Below the pieces are notes generated by a model. The model was not told the origin of the DNA. It saw only the letters and a program-made list of their open reading frames with translations, and searched no databases. From NCBI GenBank assembly GCA_965223325.1, contig CBDCWI010000001.1, forward strand, positions 544,001 to 608,000: 64,000 bases of DNA, written 5' to 3'. The stretch comes from Candidatus Multivoradales bacterium (GTDB lineage: Bacteria; Acidobacteriota; Thermoanaerobaculia; Multivoradales; Multivoraceae). Positions 1-8,599 of the stretch are shown one piece after another; the stretch's first letter is position 1; each line of letters opens with the position of its first letter. Position numbers and translations under genes: made by a program.

Positions 1-173
1 GTGTGGTGCAGGAGCGTCGCACCATGGAAATAGCCTTCGTACGGCGGCTCTTTGCCGGGAGCACGCGCGTGTGCCAGGGCAGGGGAACTGGCAAGGAGAC
101 GCTCTAGGGCTTCACAGTCGCCAGCATCGACTGCGGCCAGTGCGCTTCGCCAGCTCGGTTCCCGATTCGCCAC
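1..173 (-). CDS. Ankyrin-repeat protein, N-terminal part (runs off the window's left edge)
   Basis: Not in the ORF track. GTG at 173 follows an AAGGAGG RBS. Translates as MANREPSWRSALAAVDAGDCEALERLLASSPALAHARAPGKEPPYEGYFHGATLLHH, with ankyrin-like AV-AGD-E-L-LL and GATLLH patterns; open to the edge. Confidence 0.7.
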   Translation of the reverse strand, partial: MANREPSWRSALAAVDAGDCEALERLLASSPALAHARAPGKEPPYEGYFHGATLLHH

Positions 174-312
174 CGATGACCCCTCCTTCGCTGTCGACGT
201 TTGGTTGCAGTGATCTTGACACCCCCTTTGATCTTCCTCGGGTAACCTTCGCGGCAACCATGCTTCAGGGTCCCCCACTCCTCCTTTCCGGCCATCGCGA
301 GGAAACGACTCG

Positions 313-1038
313 TTGATCGTCACCATCCTCGGGCTGGGCTTTGTGATCGGCCTTCAACACGCGTTCGAGGCCGATCACCTGGCAGCGGTTTCGGCTCTTA
401 TCGCGCAGGACGGCAGCAAGGGGAAGTTTCCCTACGCATTGGCACGCCAGGGAGCGCTGTGGGGACTCGGTCACACGATCGCCTTGCTGCTCATCACGGC
501 GGCGGTTCTGTTCACTCCGTTCGAGCTCGGCGCAGAGCACGCTCTCACCCTCGAACGCCTGGTCGGCGTCATGTTGATTGTCCTGGGAGTGAGGGTCATC
601 TTCCGCCTGGTCCAAGACCGCGTTCACGTTCACGTGCACCAACACCGTGACGGCACCAGGCATTTTCATGCCCACAGTCACCGCCACGACACCGAAGACC
701 ATGGCCAGAGTCGCCACGACCACGCCCACCCCGGTCAGCCGGGCAGGGCTGCTGCCTTGGTTGGCCTCGCCCATGGCGCCGCCGGCTCGGCCGCGATGCT
801 GGTGCTGGTCGCCGCGGCCTTCGAGTCGCCGATCGGCGGAATGCTCTATGTCCTGGTCTTCGGCCTCGGGTCGATTCTCGGGATGACTGCGTTGACCGCC
901 GTCATGTCGGTCCCGTTAGCTGCGACTGCGCAGAACCTGACCTGGGCGAACAACACCCTCCTCATAGCGGTCGGCCTGGTCTCGATTGCCGTTGGTGTTC
1001 AGCTGGTAGCGGGCATCGGCCTCGGCCCCATCGGCTGA
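313..1038 (+). CDS. Nickel/cobalt permease (UreH/SodT/NiCoT-like) with His-rich loop
   Basis: HAFEADH (HX4DH) in TM1, WGLGH, His-rich loop HVHVHQH..HFHAHSH, GLAHGAAGSA, about 6 TM helices. TTG start after GAGG. Confidence 0.85.
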   Translation: MIVTILGLGFVIGLQHAFEADHLAAVSALIAQDGSKGKFPYALARQGALWGLGHTIALLLITAAVLFTPFELGAEHALTLERLVGVMLIVLGVRVIFRLVQDRVHVHVHQHRDGTRHFHAHSHRHDTEDHGQSRHDHAHPGQPGRAAALVGLAHGAAGSAAMLVLVAAAFESPIGGMLYVLVFGLGSILGMTALTAVMSVPLAATAQNLTWANNTLLIAVGLVSIAVGVQLVAGIGLGPIG

Positions 1039-1211
1039 TCAGGCCCCCGCCCAAGGCGCCGCACCTCCAAAAGACCCCTACGTTGGAACTTTCTCGTTCC
1101 GATTGCTACACCCCGTGGTCTAACCCAATGGAGACCGGGCTCGACCGAGCCGCGGCCCCGGGGACTCAGTGGCCTCGGGATGTCCCACCCACCTCAGAAG
1201 GAAGCAGCGCC

Positions 1212-2648
1212 ATGTCTCGACTCCTCACCGTCCTCCTCGTGATCGTTCTCGCCTTTCTGTTCAGACCACCACTCGAGGCAACCCCCGCCGAGGATGGAGG
1301 CCTGTCCGGCAAACGATCAAGTACGACAGAGGAGCCGAACACCGGCCACGAGAGCTCGGTCTCCGCTGTTCCAACGGCTCGTCACGACGACGATGATGAT
1401 GACGAGGATGACGACGACAACAGCGGCCCTGGCAATCACGACGACGATGATGACGATGACGACAACAGCGGCCCCGGCAATCACGACGACGACGATGACG
1501 ACGACGACGACAACAACGACGGTGGCGACGACGACGCCCCCCGCCAGGGTCTCTTCAAGTTCGGCCAGCGCAGCTTTCTGGTGTCTGAAGCCGCCGGCCT
1601 GGCCACCATCACCGTCGAACGTTCAAAGGGCGAAGACGGCGCGGTCAGCGTCTCCTACACCACCCGTTCGGGTTCGGCCGAGAGTCCCGCGGACTATCAG
1701 GAAACCTCCGGCACCCTCACGTGGGCAAATGGCGACGGTTCCGACCGCAGCTTCACCATCCCGATCGAGAACGACGGCGTGGCCGAAGATTCCGAGACCG
1801 TCGAGCTCCTCCTCGAGGCGCCAACCGGTGGCGCAATCCTCGACAGCGAGCGGGCCCAGGCCGTGCTCACGATTCTCGACGCCGACGGCGGCGTCGGTGG
1901 TGGCAACCCGCCTCCGGGTGGCGACGACAACGAACGGCCCGGCACCCTCAAGTTCGATTTCCGCGAGTTCTCAACCATCGAGAACGCCGCCGAAGTCACC
2001 ATCGCGGTCGACCGCTCGAGGGGAGAACGCGGCGTGGTGACGGTGCGCTACAACACGCTCGACGAAAGCGCGGTAGCGGGAGAAGACTACGTCGCAACCA
2101 GCGGGATTCTCTCCTGGGCGGCGGGTGACGGCAGCGCAAAGACGTTCTCGGTGCCACTGCTCGACGACTCGACCTTAGAAGGCAACGAGACCTTCCGGGT
2201 CGAACTCAGCGGTGCGACTGGCGGAGCGGGAATCGATCCCACCCGCGGTTCTGCGCCGGTACAAATCATCGACAATGACGCCGCCCGGACGCGATGCACA
2301 GCCAACGCGACGACCCTATGCCTCCTTGGTGGCGAGCTCGCCGTCGAGATTCGCTGGACGACCAAGCGCGGACAAAGCGGACGCGGTCAGGCAAGGCGGC
2401 TGAGTGAGAAGAGCGGACTGTTCTGGTTCTTTGACCGTGACAACTTCGAGATGCTCGTCAAGGCGGTCGACGGCTGCCGCATCTCGGGGAGCCGTTGGCT
2501 CTACTTCTCGGGCACGACTGATGTCGGATACACCGTCCGGGTCACCGAGTCAGCAACCGGCCTCGCCCGCGAGTATCGAAACGTCACCGGGCAGCTCGCA
2601 CTGCCGGTCGCCGACACCGCGACGTTCCGTGGATGTGCCACACGCTGA
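1212..2648 (+). CDS. Secreted protein: poly-Asp region, two Calx-beta domains and an Acidobacterial Cys-bounded C-terminal domain
   Basis: ATG 1212 followed by signal peptide MSRLLTVLLVIVLAFLF. Two Calx-beta repeats (VSVSYTT..GSA....DY...SGTLTW..GD....F.IPI.ND...E..E). C-terminal CTANATTLCL...GLFWFFD..NFEMLVK..DGC...DTATF..C. Confidence 0.85.
   Translation: MSRLLTVLLVIVLAFLFRPPLEATPAEDGGLSGKRSSTTEEPNTGHESSVSAVPTARHDDDDDDEDDDDNSGPGNHDDDDDDDDNSGPGNHDDDDDDDDDNNDGGDDDAPRQGLFKFGQRSFLVSEAAGLATITVERSKGEDGAVSVSYTTRSGSAESPADYQETSGTLTWANGDGSDRSFTIPIENDGVAEDSETVELLLEAPTGGAILDSERAQAVLTILDADGGVGGGNPPPGGDDNERPGTLKFDFREFSTIENAAEVTIAVDRSRGERGVVTVRYNTLDESAVAGEDYVATSGILSWAAGDGSAKTFSVPLLDDSTLEGNETFRVELSGATGGAGIDPTRGSAPVQIIDNDAARTRCTANATTLCLLGGELAVEIRWTTKRGQSGRGQARRLSEKSGLFWFFDRDNFEMLVKAVDGCRISGSRWLYFSGTTDVGYTVRVTESATGLAREYRNVTGQLALPVADTATFRGCATR
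1386..1536 (+). repeat. Coding low-complexity repeat: poly-Asp with duplicated DDDNSGPGNH unit (45-bp period)
   Basis: GAC/GAT runs and two copies of gacaacagcggcccYggcaatcacgacgacga. Confidence 0.9.
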
Positions 2649-2713
2649 AGTGCCGCGGAATCCCGACTGCGGGCCGCGGCGCTCATGCGTCGCGGTCCGG
2701 TAGGGTTCCAGGT

Positions 2714-3367
2714 GTGCACTCCAGCGACGACGATAACGAGCGCCATGAGCACCTTTCGGACGAAGAACTGCTGCGCCTGGCCAGGCGCGACGATGCTTCT
2801 GAGAAGGAGCGGCATGACATCTACGGAATGCTTTACGCCCGGCACTACCAGCGCCTCGCTACCTGGTGTCTACGGTTTTCGGCCGGCGACGAGACCGATG
2901 CCGCTGACCTCGCCCAGGACACCGTGCTCAGGGCGCACCGAGCGATCGATCGATTTTCGGGCCAGAGCAGTTTCGGGACGTGGTTGTACACCATTGCACG
3001 TCGGGCGGCGATCAACCGCAGTGCCACCCGCGCTCGCCGACCGACCGCCCGCCTGGACGACGAGTTGCTGGCCGAGTTCACGACTCGGGCGAAAGGTGGG
3101 TCAGATCCTTCACCCGAAGAAGCGATCGATCGGCGCGCCCGAGTCAGCTGGCTACGGCGTTCCATGGCCCAACATCTCGAGCCCCTCGAACAACGAATCA
3201 TCTATCTCCACTACCACCACGCCATGAGTCTGCCCGAGATCACCCACACGCTCGAGCTCGAGAACCGCTCAGGCGCCAAGGCCTACCTGGTCAGCGCACA
3301 ACGCAAGCTCAAGCAGGTTCTGGCACGTGATCGTCACCGTCCTGGAAGCGGGGTGCACAATGCATGA
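2714..3367 (+). CDS. ECF sigma-70 factor
   Basis: LSDEELL, DAADLAQDT, F.GQSSFGTWLYTIAR (region 2), and region 4 with I..L.YHHAMSLPEI. Probable GTG start at 2714; the ORF is open from 2633. Confidence 0.9.
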   Translation: MHSSDDDNERHEHLSDEELLRLARRDDASEKERHDIYGMLYARHYQRLATWCLRFSAGDETDAADLAQDTVLRAHRAIDRFSGQSSFGTWLYTIARRAAINRSATRARRPTARLDDELLAEFTTRAKGGSDPSPEEAIDRRARVSWLRRSMAQHLEPLEQRIIYLHYHHAMSLPEITHTLELENRSGAKAYLVSAQRKLKQVLARDRHRPGSGVHNA

Positions 3368-4064
3368 CACGTCGATGTGCCCCGAACTCGAGGCCATGAT
3401 CGCCTACGCACTCGATCCCGAGACGACCAGCCACAAAGAGCAGCTCGCCGCGCGGGCGCATCTCGAGTCCTGTGGAGTCTGTGCGGCCGAGTTCGCGCTC
3501 GCCCGGAAGATCGACGCGCCTCCAGTCGCTACCGAGTCGGCGGCCGTCGAGCGCCTCACGCGGCAGTTGGAAAACGCTCATCTCATAGCGGCGCCCAGGC
3601 GCCCTGATGTCGCGCGGCTGGCGTGGGTCCTACCGCTCGCGGCAAGTCTGCTGCTCGCGATCATCGCTCTACCCCGCTGGATCGGACAAGCTGAGCCTCC
3701 GGCTCTGCCAGACCGTCCAGCAGAATCGAGCTTGCGTGGCGCCGGGTTGGAAACCCTCGAACCACAGGGCGACCTGACCGCTGCACCGCATCTCCTGCGC
3801 TGGTCGGTGTGGGAGGGCGCGTCGGCAGCAGAAGAGGTGCGGTACCGCGCCGTCGTTTCGCGGCCCTCTGCCCTCGCCTTCTGGCAATGCTCTACGACCG
3901 ATCTGCATTGCCGCCTTCCCGATTCTGCTGCCGGCTTCCCTTTGATCGAAGGCGTTCGGTACTCCTGGCACGTCGAGGTCCTGGATCGAGAGGGCAGCGT
4001 CCTTCTGACCTCCGAGCCAACAGATTTTCATTGGAGCAGTGAATCCAACGGAGCTCCGCCATGA
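3360..4064 (+). CDS. Zinc-binding anti-sigma factor (zf-HC2), one TM helix, extracytoplasmic domain
   Basis: HLESCGVC (HX3CX2C ZAS motif) and TM LAWVLPLAASLLLAIIAL. Overlaps the sigma stop by 8 nt. Confidence 0.85.
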   Translation: MHDTSMCPELEAMIAYALDPETTSHKEQLAARAHLESCGVCAAEFALARKIDAPPVATESAAVERLTRQLENAHLIAAPRRPDVARLAWVLPLAASLLLAIIALPRWIGQAEPPALPDRPAESSLRGAGLETLEPQGDLTAAPHLLRWSVWEGASAAEEVRYRAVVSRPSALAFWQCSTTDLHCRLPDSAAGFPLIEGVRYSWHVEVLDREGSVLLTSEPTDFHWSSESNGAPP

Positions 4065-5131
4065 CCAGGTCGATCTGGGCGGCGCTCGGCGTCTCTTTGT
4101 TCCTGCTCGCGGCGTCGATCCGGCCCGCGTCGCCGGCCTGGGGCGCCGAAGCCCTGACTCTGCGCCTGGAAGACATCGACGCCCGCGCGGGCGAGACGAT
4201 GGTTCTGGTGGTTCGCACCTACACACCCAAGCCTGTCGGCTCGGGCCAGATGTGCATCCGGCTCCGCCGCCGTGCTCGCCGCGCCGCCCCATCTCCCCTG
4301 GAGCACGTTGCCGGACCGACCAGGCGAGGAACGTCTTCGGTTATCGAGTCCATCGACTCGGTCGTCGTCTTCACTCCAGAAGGCGACGCAGCGGTTTCGT
4401 CAGAGCTGTTGGTCGGCTCAGAGGGCGAGGAAATCGTGCTCGAATTCACTTCGGCAAGCGCTGGCATCAACGCCGAGGACGGCCCCATGCTCGCCATCGT
4501 CGCGCAGCTCGCTGCCGGTGCGGTGGCAGGCGATGAGGTCGAGATCGAGGTCGACGCGGCCCAGACTTTCTTGGTTGACGACCAGGACCAAGCCATTCCG
4601 CTTCGCCTTCGTGCGGGGGAGCTCACCGTTCTAGGCATTACCGAACCGACCGAGGTAGCGCTCGAGCTCGAAAGCCTGACCGCCGACTTCGCTCTCCTCA
4701 CGGTCGAAACCCAAGAGAGCCTGCTGTTGGCCGATGGCAGCCTCGAAATCGACATCCCGGGTGAGATGCTCTCCGGGCCTCCACAGGCTTCGATTCCGAC
4801 CCAACAGGGTATGGCCAGCGTCTCGATGTCGAGGAAGGGTGGCGACACCTACAGCATTGACTTCAGTGTGCTCCCCGATTCTCCGCTGCGCTTTGGCGAG
4901 CTGCCTGGCGACCTGCTCTTGATCGAGCTGCCGCTCGCCGACGGCCCCAGGTCATCGGCCGAACTTCACTTCGACCCCGCGAACAGCAGCCTGTTTGCGA
5001 TCGGCGAGGGCAAGCTGAATCTGGACCTGGAGCAGGGAGTCTCCTTGACGACCGGCGGCGGCCTGTTGTTCAGCAACGGTTTCGAGAGCCGTGCGGATCC
5101 CTCAGAGTGGTCCAAGAGCGTGGAGCGCTAG
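4061..5131 (+). CDS. Secreted hypothetical protein (beta-sandwich/cohesin-like repeats) with C-terminal LFSNGFES..W motif
   Basis: Signal peptide ending AWG-A. ATGA overlap with the anti-sigma gene. Tail GLLFSNGFESRADPSEWS. Confidence 0.7.
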   Translation: MTRSIWAALGVSLFLLAASIRPASPAWGAEALTLRLEDIDARAGETMVLVVRTYTPKPVGSGQMCIRLRRRARRAAPSPLEHVAGPTRRGTSSVIESIDSVVVFTPEGDAAVSSELLVGSEGEEIVLEFTSASAGINAEDGPMLAIVAQLAAGAVAGDEVEIEVDAAQTFLVDDQDQAIPLRLRAGELTVLGITEPTEVALELESLTADFALLTVETQESLLLADGSLEIDIPGEMLSGPPQASIPTQQGMASVSMSRKGGDTYSIDFSVLPDSPLRFGELPGDLLLIELPLADGPRSSAELHFDPANSSLFAIGEGKLNLDLEQGVSLTTGGGLLFSNGFESRADPSEWSKSVER

Positions 5132-5183
5132 CACCAAGATCCCGAAAGGGACGCTGTGATCGCCGCCTTTCTGGTCTAGGCCT

Positions 5184-7709
5184 CTAGCGTCGAGTGACGA
5201 CGAGCAAAGCCAGCAGGGCGGCAAGCGACAGCACAACAATCATCGGAACCGTCCAGCGGACGGAACGCTCCGGCGTGAGACGAACGTTCTCGCCAATCAG
5301 CACCCACCCGGCCCAATCGACGGGATCCTCGAAGCGAGGGTCAGCGCGCAAGGCGCGCTGGGCTTTCTGGAGCGCGGTAGCCGCCGCCTCACCGCGACCG
5401 AGGTGCCAGTAGAAGCGCTCGACCAGCGCCTGGGTCGCAATGTCGTCGACATCCCAGAGGGAAGCGACGATAGAACGTGAACCTGCAGCCAGAAAGGCAC
5501 CGCCGAGAGTTTCGAGAACGCCGCTCGAGCGGCCCAGGGCACTCGAGCAGGCAGCTAGAACGGTCAGTTCTGTGGCGAGGTCGAGGTCGGCAATCTCAGC
5601 GCCGCCCAGACGACCCTCAGGATGAGCTGCATCAGCGGCTAGCCAGATCTCAGGTTCTCCTAGAAGACCCGCCGCCGAACGAGCGTGTGCAGCGATATGG
5701 AGAACGTCGACAGGCGGGGCCAGGGCGATCGCGCTTGGGTTCGCCGCGCTACCACGCGAGATGAGAGCGCGACCGCCCAGCCAACGTTCGGCGGCTGCCA
5801 CCTCGGCTTCTGCTCCAGGGAGCGCCGGCACGATTTCACCGGTCGGCGCTCGCGCTTCGTCTCCCGGAACAATCGCCAGCAGTCGCACCGCGGACTCCAC
5901 CTCGACGCTCGAGGGCTCCACTCTGTAGGCCGACGGCCGATAGAGAATCGTCACACCATCGACAAGGAAGCCACCTGAATCTCGAGCCGCCTCGACGGGC
6001 CGTGGCAAGAGAACAAAGGGCAACTCGCGCAACGCCAGGTCGGGCGAGATGACCAGCGCCTCGTCGTCAACGGCCTGCCATAGCGCGTCCGGAAGGAGCT
6101 GCCCCGCCAACCAGGCAAGGTCCAGCGAAGCGACCGCGTTCGCTCGCACGGCCGCGGCGACACTCAGTGCCCGCTCCATCACCGCAGCACTCGGCCCGAG
6201 GTCGAACACAGAGACGCCCGCGTCTCGATGAACGAAAACCAGAAGGCGCTCACCGGTTTGAAAGTAGTCGAGGACCACTTCTCGGGATCTGCCGTTGCCA
6301 GCCCGGCGGGTGCCAGGCGCGAGCGGCCCCCCGGTCTCGGTGCGGGTCACCAGGGCGCGATCCTTCGCACGCGACGCAAGATCGGCCGCCCGCTCCACCT
6401 GCGACGAGCTGTCGGCCAGGAGCACGCTCACGAACTCCTCGTACACCCCGCGCGACGCCACCAGGTAGCGGTGTCGACGCACGGTCGCCTCGATGCGCTC
6501 GCCCACATTCTCGATCTCGGCGGTTGCCCGCTCGAGGCGCTCGATCGCCGAGGCAAACGAACCGTCCTGGCGGTCACAGCGCGCGAGACCAAACTCGGCC
6601 GACCAGACTCCGGCCGCCGACTGCAACCCCTCGGACAACGCGAGGGTGCGCTCGAAGACCGGACGCGCACGCTCGCAGTCGCCCAGCCGCCAGAGGACCT
6701 CACCGCGGTTCCAGGAAGCTTCGATCTCGAGGACGGGATCGGCGGCCATGCGTGCCGCGTTCTCCACCCTCTCGAGCGACCGCCAGGCCGCGCCGAGATC
6801 GACGCGATCATGGAGCGCCACCTGGGCCCGGTTCATCTCGACGGTGGCGACGCCAAGCCGATCGCCGAGCCGCTCGTAGAGCTGTTCCGCTCGCTCGAAG
6901 TCTTCGAGCGCCGCGGCCCAGTCTCCGAGGTTGCGCAACACCACTCCCCGATTCAAGCGAGCCGCAGCCAGGACGTCGATCGTGACGGACTCTGAAGGCG
7001 CACCCAGAAGGGAGTCGAGCCGCTCCAGGGCGTCTTCGTACGAGCCAACTCTCTCGAGAACGATCGCCATGTTGAGCTGCGCCTCGGCCAGGCGTTGCGG
7101 TGACTCTAGACGCGCAAGAGACTGAGCGCGCTCGAGATTGCGCAGTGCCGATCCGTAACGTCCCATTCGCTCGTCGAGGACTCCGAGGTTGACCAGATTC
7201 GCCATCTCGCCGTCCCGATCGCGGGCGCTCCGGTTGCGTTCGAGCGCCTCGGCCAGGAGAACACGCGCTTCTTCTAATCGCCCGACTCCGCGCAGTGCAA
7301 TCGCCAGGTTGTTGACGCTCCGCGCAACCCCGGAGTCAGGAGCCTCAGCGGACTGCTCGAGCCGACGACGGATTCGGACCGCCGCCTGGCAGTCCGAAAC
7401 GGCTTCGGCGTGGCGCGTCAAGGCGTTGAGAGCCACGCAAGCGTTGTTTCGCGCACGGCCCGCCTCCCCCGCCAGGCCTTCTCTTTCGGCTCTGGTCGCA
7501 GCGCCCTGAAAGATCTCCACTGCCTCTTCGAGTCGACCGGCCGCGTAGGCTGCCAGGCCATCGTCGACGAGAGCGCGCACCGGCGGCCGTTCCTCCTCGG
7601 CATGCCCCGCGTGCCCGGCCAAAACAAAGAGACCAGAAGCCAAGATCCCGGTCAGGAACTGGCCTGTCAGGCCCTCGAGGCCCAGGCTCGCGAGAGAGGG
7701 ACGGTGCAC
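5184..7709 (-). CDS. TPR-CHAT (caspase-like peptidase) protein with N-terminal signal/TM and C-terminal TM anchor
   Basis: Multiple TPRs (NNLAIAL..G, NLGVL..MG.Y..AL). CHAT motifs LVISPD..L..LPF, HIAAH (His), VLAACSS (Cys), AFLAAGSRSIVASLWDVDD, P.DWAGWVLIG. Ends WTVPMIVVLSLAALLALLVVTRR. Confidence 0.9.
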   Translation of the reverse strand: MHRPSLASLGLEGLTGQFLTGILASGLFVLAGHAGHAEEERPPVRALVDDGLAAYAAGRLEEAVEIFQGAATRAEREGLAGEAGRARNNACVALNALTRHAEAVSDCQAAVRIRRRLEQSAEAPDSGVARSVNNLAIALRGVGRLEEARVLLAEALERNRSARDRDGEMANLVNLGVLDERMGRYGSALRNLERAQSLARLESPQRLAEAQLNMAIVLERVGSYEDALERLDSLLGAPSESVTIDVLAAARLNRGVVLRNLGDWAAALEDFERAEQLYERLGDRLGVATVEMNRAQVALHDRVDLGAAWRSLERVENAARMAADPVLEIEASWNRGEVLWRLGDCERARPVFERTLALSEGLQSAAGVWSAEFGLARCDRQDGSFASAIERLERATAEIENVGERIEATVRRHRYLVASRGVYEEFVSVLLADSSSQVERAADLASRAKDRALVTRTETGGPLAPGTRRAGNGRSREVVLDYFQTGERLLVFVHRDAGVSVFDLGPSAAVMERALSVAAAVRANAVASLDLAWLAGQLLPDALWQAVDDEALVISPDLALRELPFVLLPRPVEAARDSGGFLVDGVTILYRPSAYRVEPSSVEVESAVRLLAIVPGDEARAPTGEIVPALPGAEAEVAAAERWLGGRALISRGSAANPSAIALAPPVDVLHIAAHARSAAGLLGEPEIWLAADAAHPEGRLGGAEIADLDLATELTVLAACSSALGRSSGVLETLGGAFLAAGSRSIVASLWDVDDIATQALVERFYWHLGRGEAAATALQKAQRALRADPRFEDPVDWAGWVLIGENVRLTPERSVRWTVPMIVVLSLAALLALLVVTRR

Positions 7710-7727
7710 CGGTCGACTCGAGAGGCT

Positions 7728-8342
7728 TCAGCCGTCGGCCATCGCCTGGGCGCCGCGCATGATCATGCGCACCTCGACGATGATGCGCTCCGCGACCGCC
7801 GGGCGCTCCTCGGGCGGCAGGTCGAGCGATGCAACCCCGAGGTTGAAGGCGACGGTCACCATCGCCTCGGCGGCGTGATGAGGATGGAGAATCGGCCGAT
7901 CGGTAGCTTCGGCCTCGCGCACCAGATCCTCGGCCAGGTCGTCGGCGAAGCGACTGATCTCCTTCGAGATCGCCCGCCTGAACTCGGGGGTGTTGCCTGC
8001 TCCTTCACCCAGCAGCAGCCGAAACTGGTGCGGCTCCTGACTGGCGAACTCCATGAACGTGTTGATGCAGTTCGAGATCACGTTGCGGTTGCCGTGCTCG
8101 TCGACCCGATGACGCGCCTCACGCACCAGTTGACGGAGGGACATACCGACCTGGTCGACCAGCGCCAGGCCGAGGTCGTCGATCGAGCGGAAGTGCCGGT
8201 AGAAGCTCGCCGGAGCGATTCCTGCCTCGTTGGCCACCGCCCTCAGGCTGAGGCTCGAGACGCCGCGCTCGGCGCTCAGGCGCAGGGCGGCAGCCATGAT
8301 GCTGTTGCGGGTGGCTTCCTTCTGATCGGCGCGCGTCGTCAT
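7728..8342 (-). CDS. fabR: TetR-family fatty-acid regulator, FabR/DesT-like
   Basis: From ATG 8342: RADQKEATR..LSAERGVSSLSLRAVANEAGIAPASFYRHFRSIDDLGLALVD..G..LRQL.REAR, closely following the E. coli FabR N-terminus as I recall it ([39 protein letters not shown]). Confidence 0.85.
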   Translation of the reverse strand: MTTRADQKEATRNSIMAAALRLSAERGVSSLSLRAVANEAGIAPASFYRHFRSIDDLGLALVDQVGMSLRQLVREARHRVDEHGNRNVISNCINTFMEFASQEPHQFRLLLGEGAGNTPEFRRAISKEISRFADDLAEDLVREAEATDRPILHPHHAAEAMVTVAFNLGVASLDLPPEERPAVAERIIVEVRMIMRGAQAMADG

Positions 8343-8485
8343 GCTGATATCGCTTCTTTGAGACTCCGGCGGCCCAGCATAACCGGGCCTCCGTCGGGCC
8401 CACCGCTCAGTGAACAGTCGATTCGTTGTGAGATTCCATGTTTTTCGACCTGATCCCGCATTCTTCGTCTGCTGTCTGCTAGTTT

Positions 8486-8505
8486 CAGCGAACAATTGTT
8501 CGCTG
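8486..8505. promoter_or_regulatory. Perfect 20-bp palindrome CAGCGAACAATTGTTCGCTG, putative FabR operator
   Basis: Self-complementary. Matches the FabR-type consensus AGCGWACA-NN-TGTWCGCT. Lies between the divergent fabR and pfa1 genes. Confidence 0.85.
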
Positions 8506-8599
8506 GCCCGGGAAACCGACCACCGCATCCGACTGCAGGGCGCTCTGCGCCGGCTAGCCCCTCTCACTCCCCATCGTCCTCGAGGGACCCCCCACCAAT

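Noticed and set aside
216-248. Sigma-70 promoter TTGACA...TAACCT before the Ni permease
   Set aside because: The 21-bp spacing is too long to call.
1085-1123. RpoE-like promoter GGAACTT...GTCTAA upstream of the Calx-beta gene
   Set aside because: The spacer is 26 bp rather than about 16, and GGAAC also pairs with GTTCC as a small hairpin.
5184-7709. Type III-E CRISPR Craspase locus
   Set aside because: No Cas7-11, Csx30/31 or array is present, and this CHAT is predicted to be exported and membrane-anchored.
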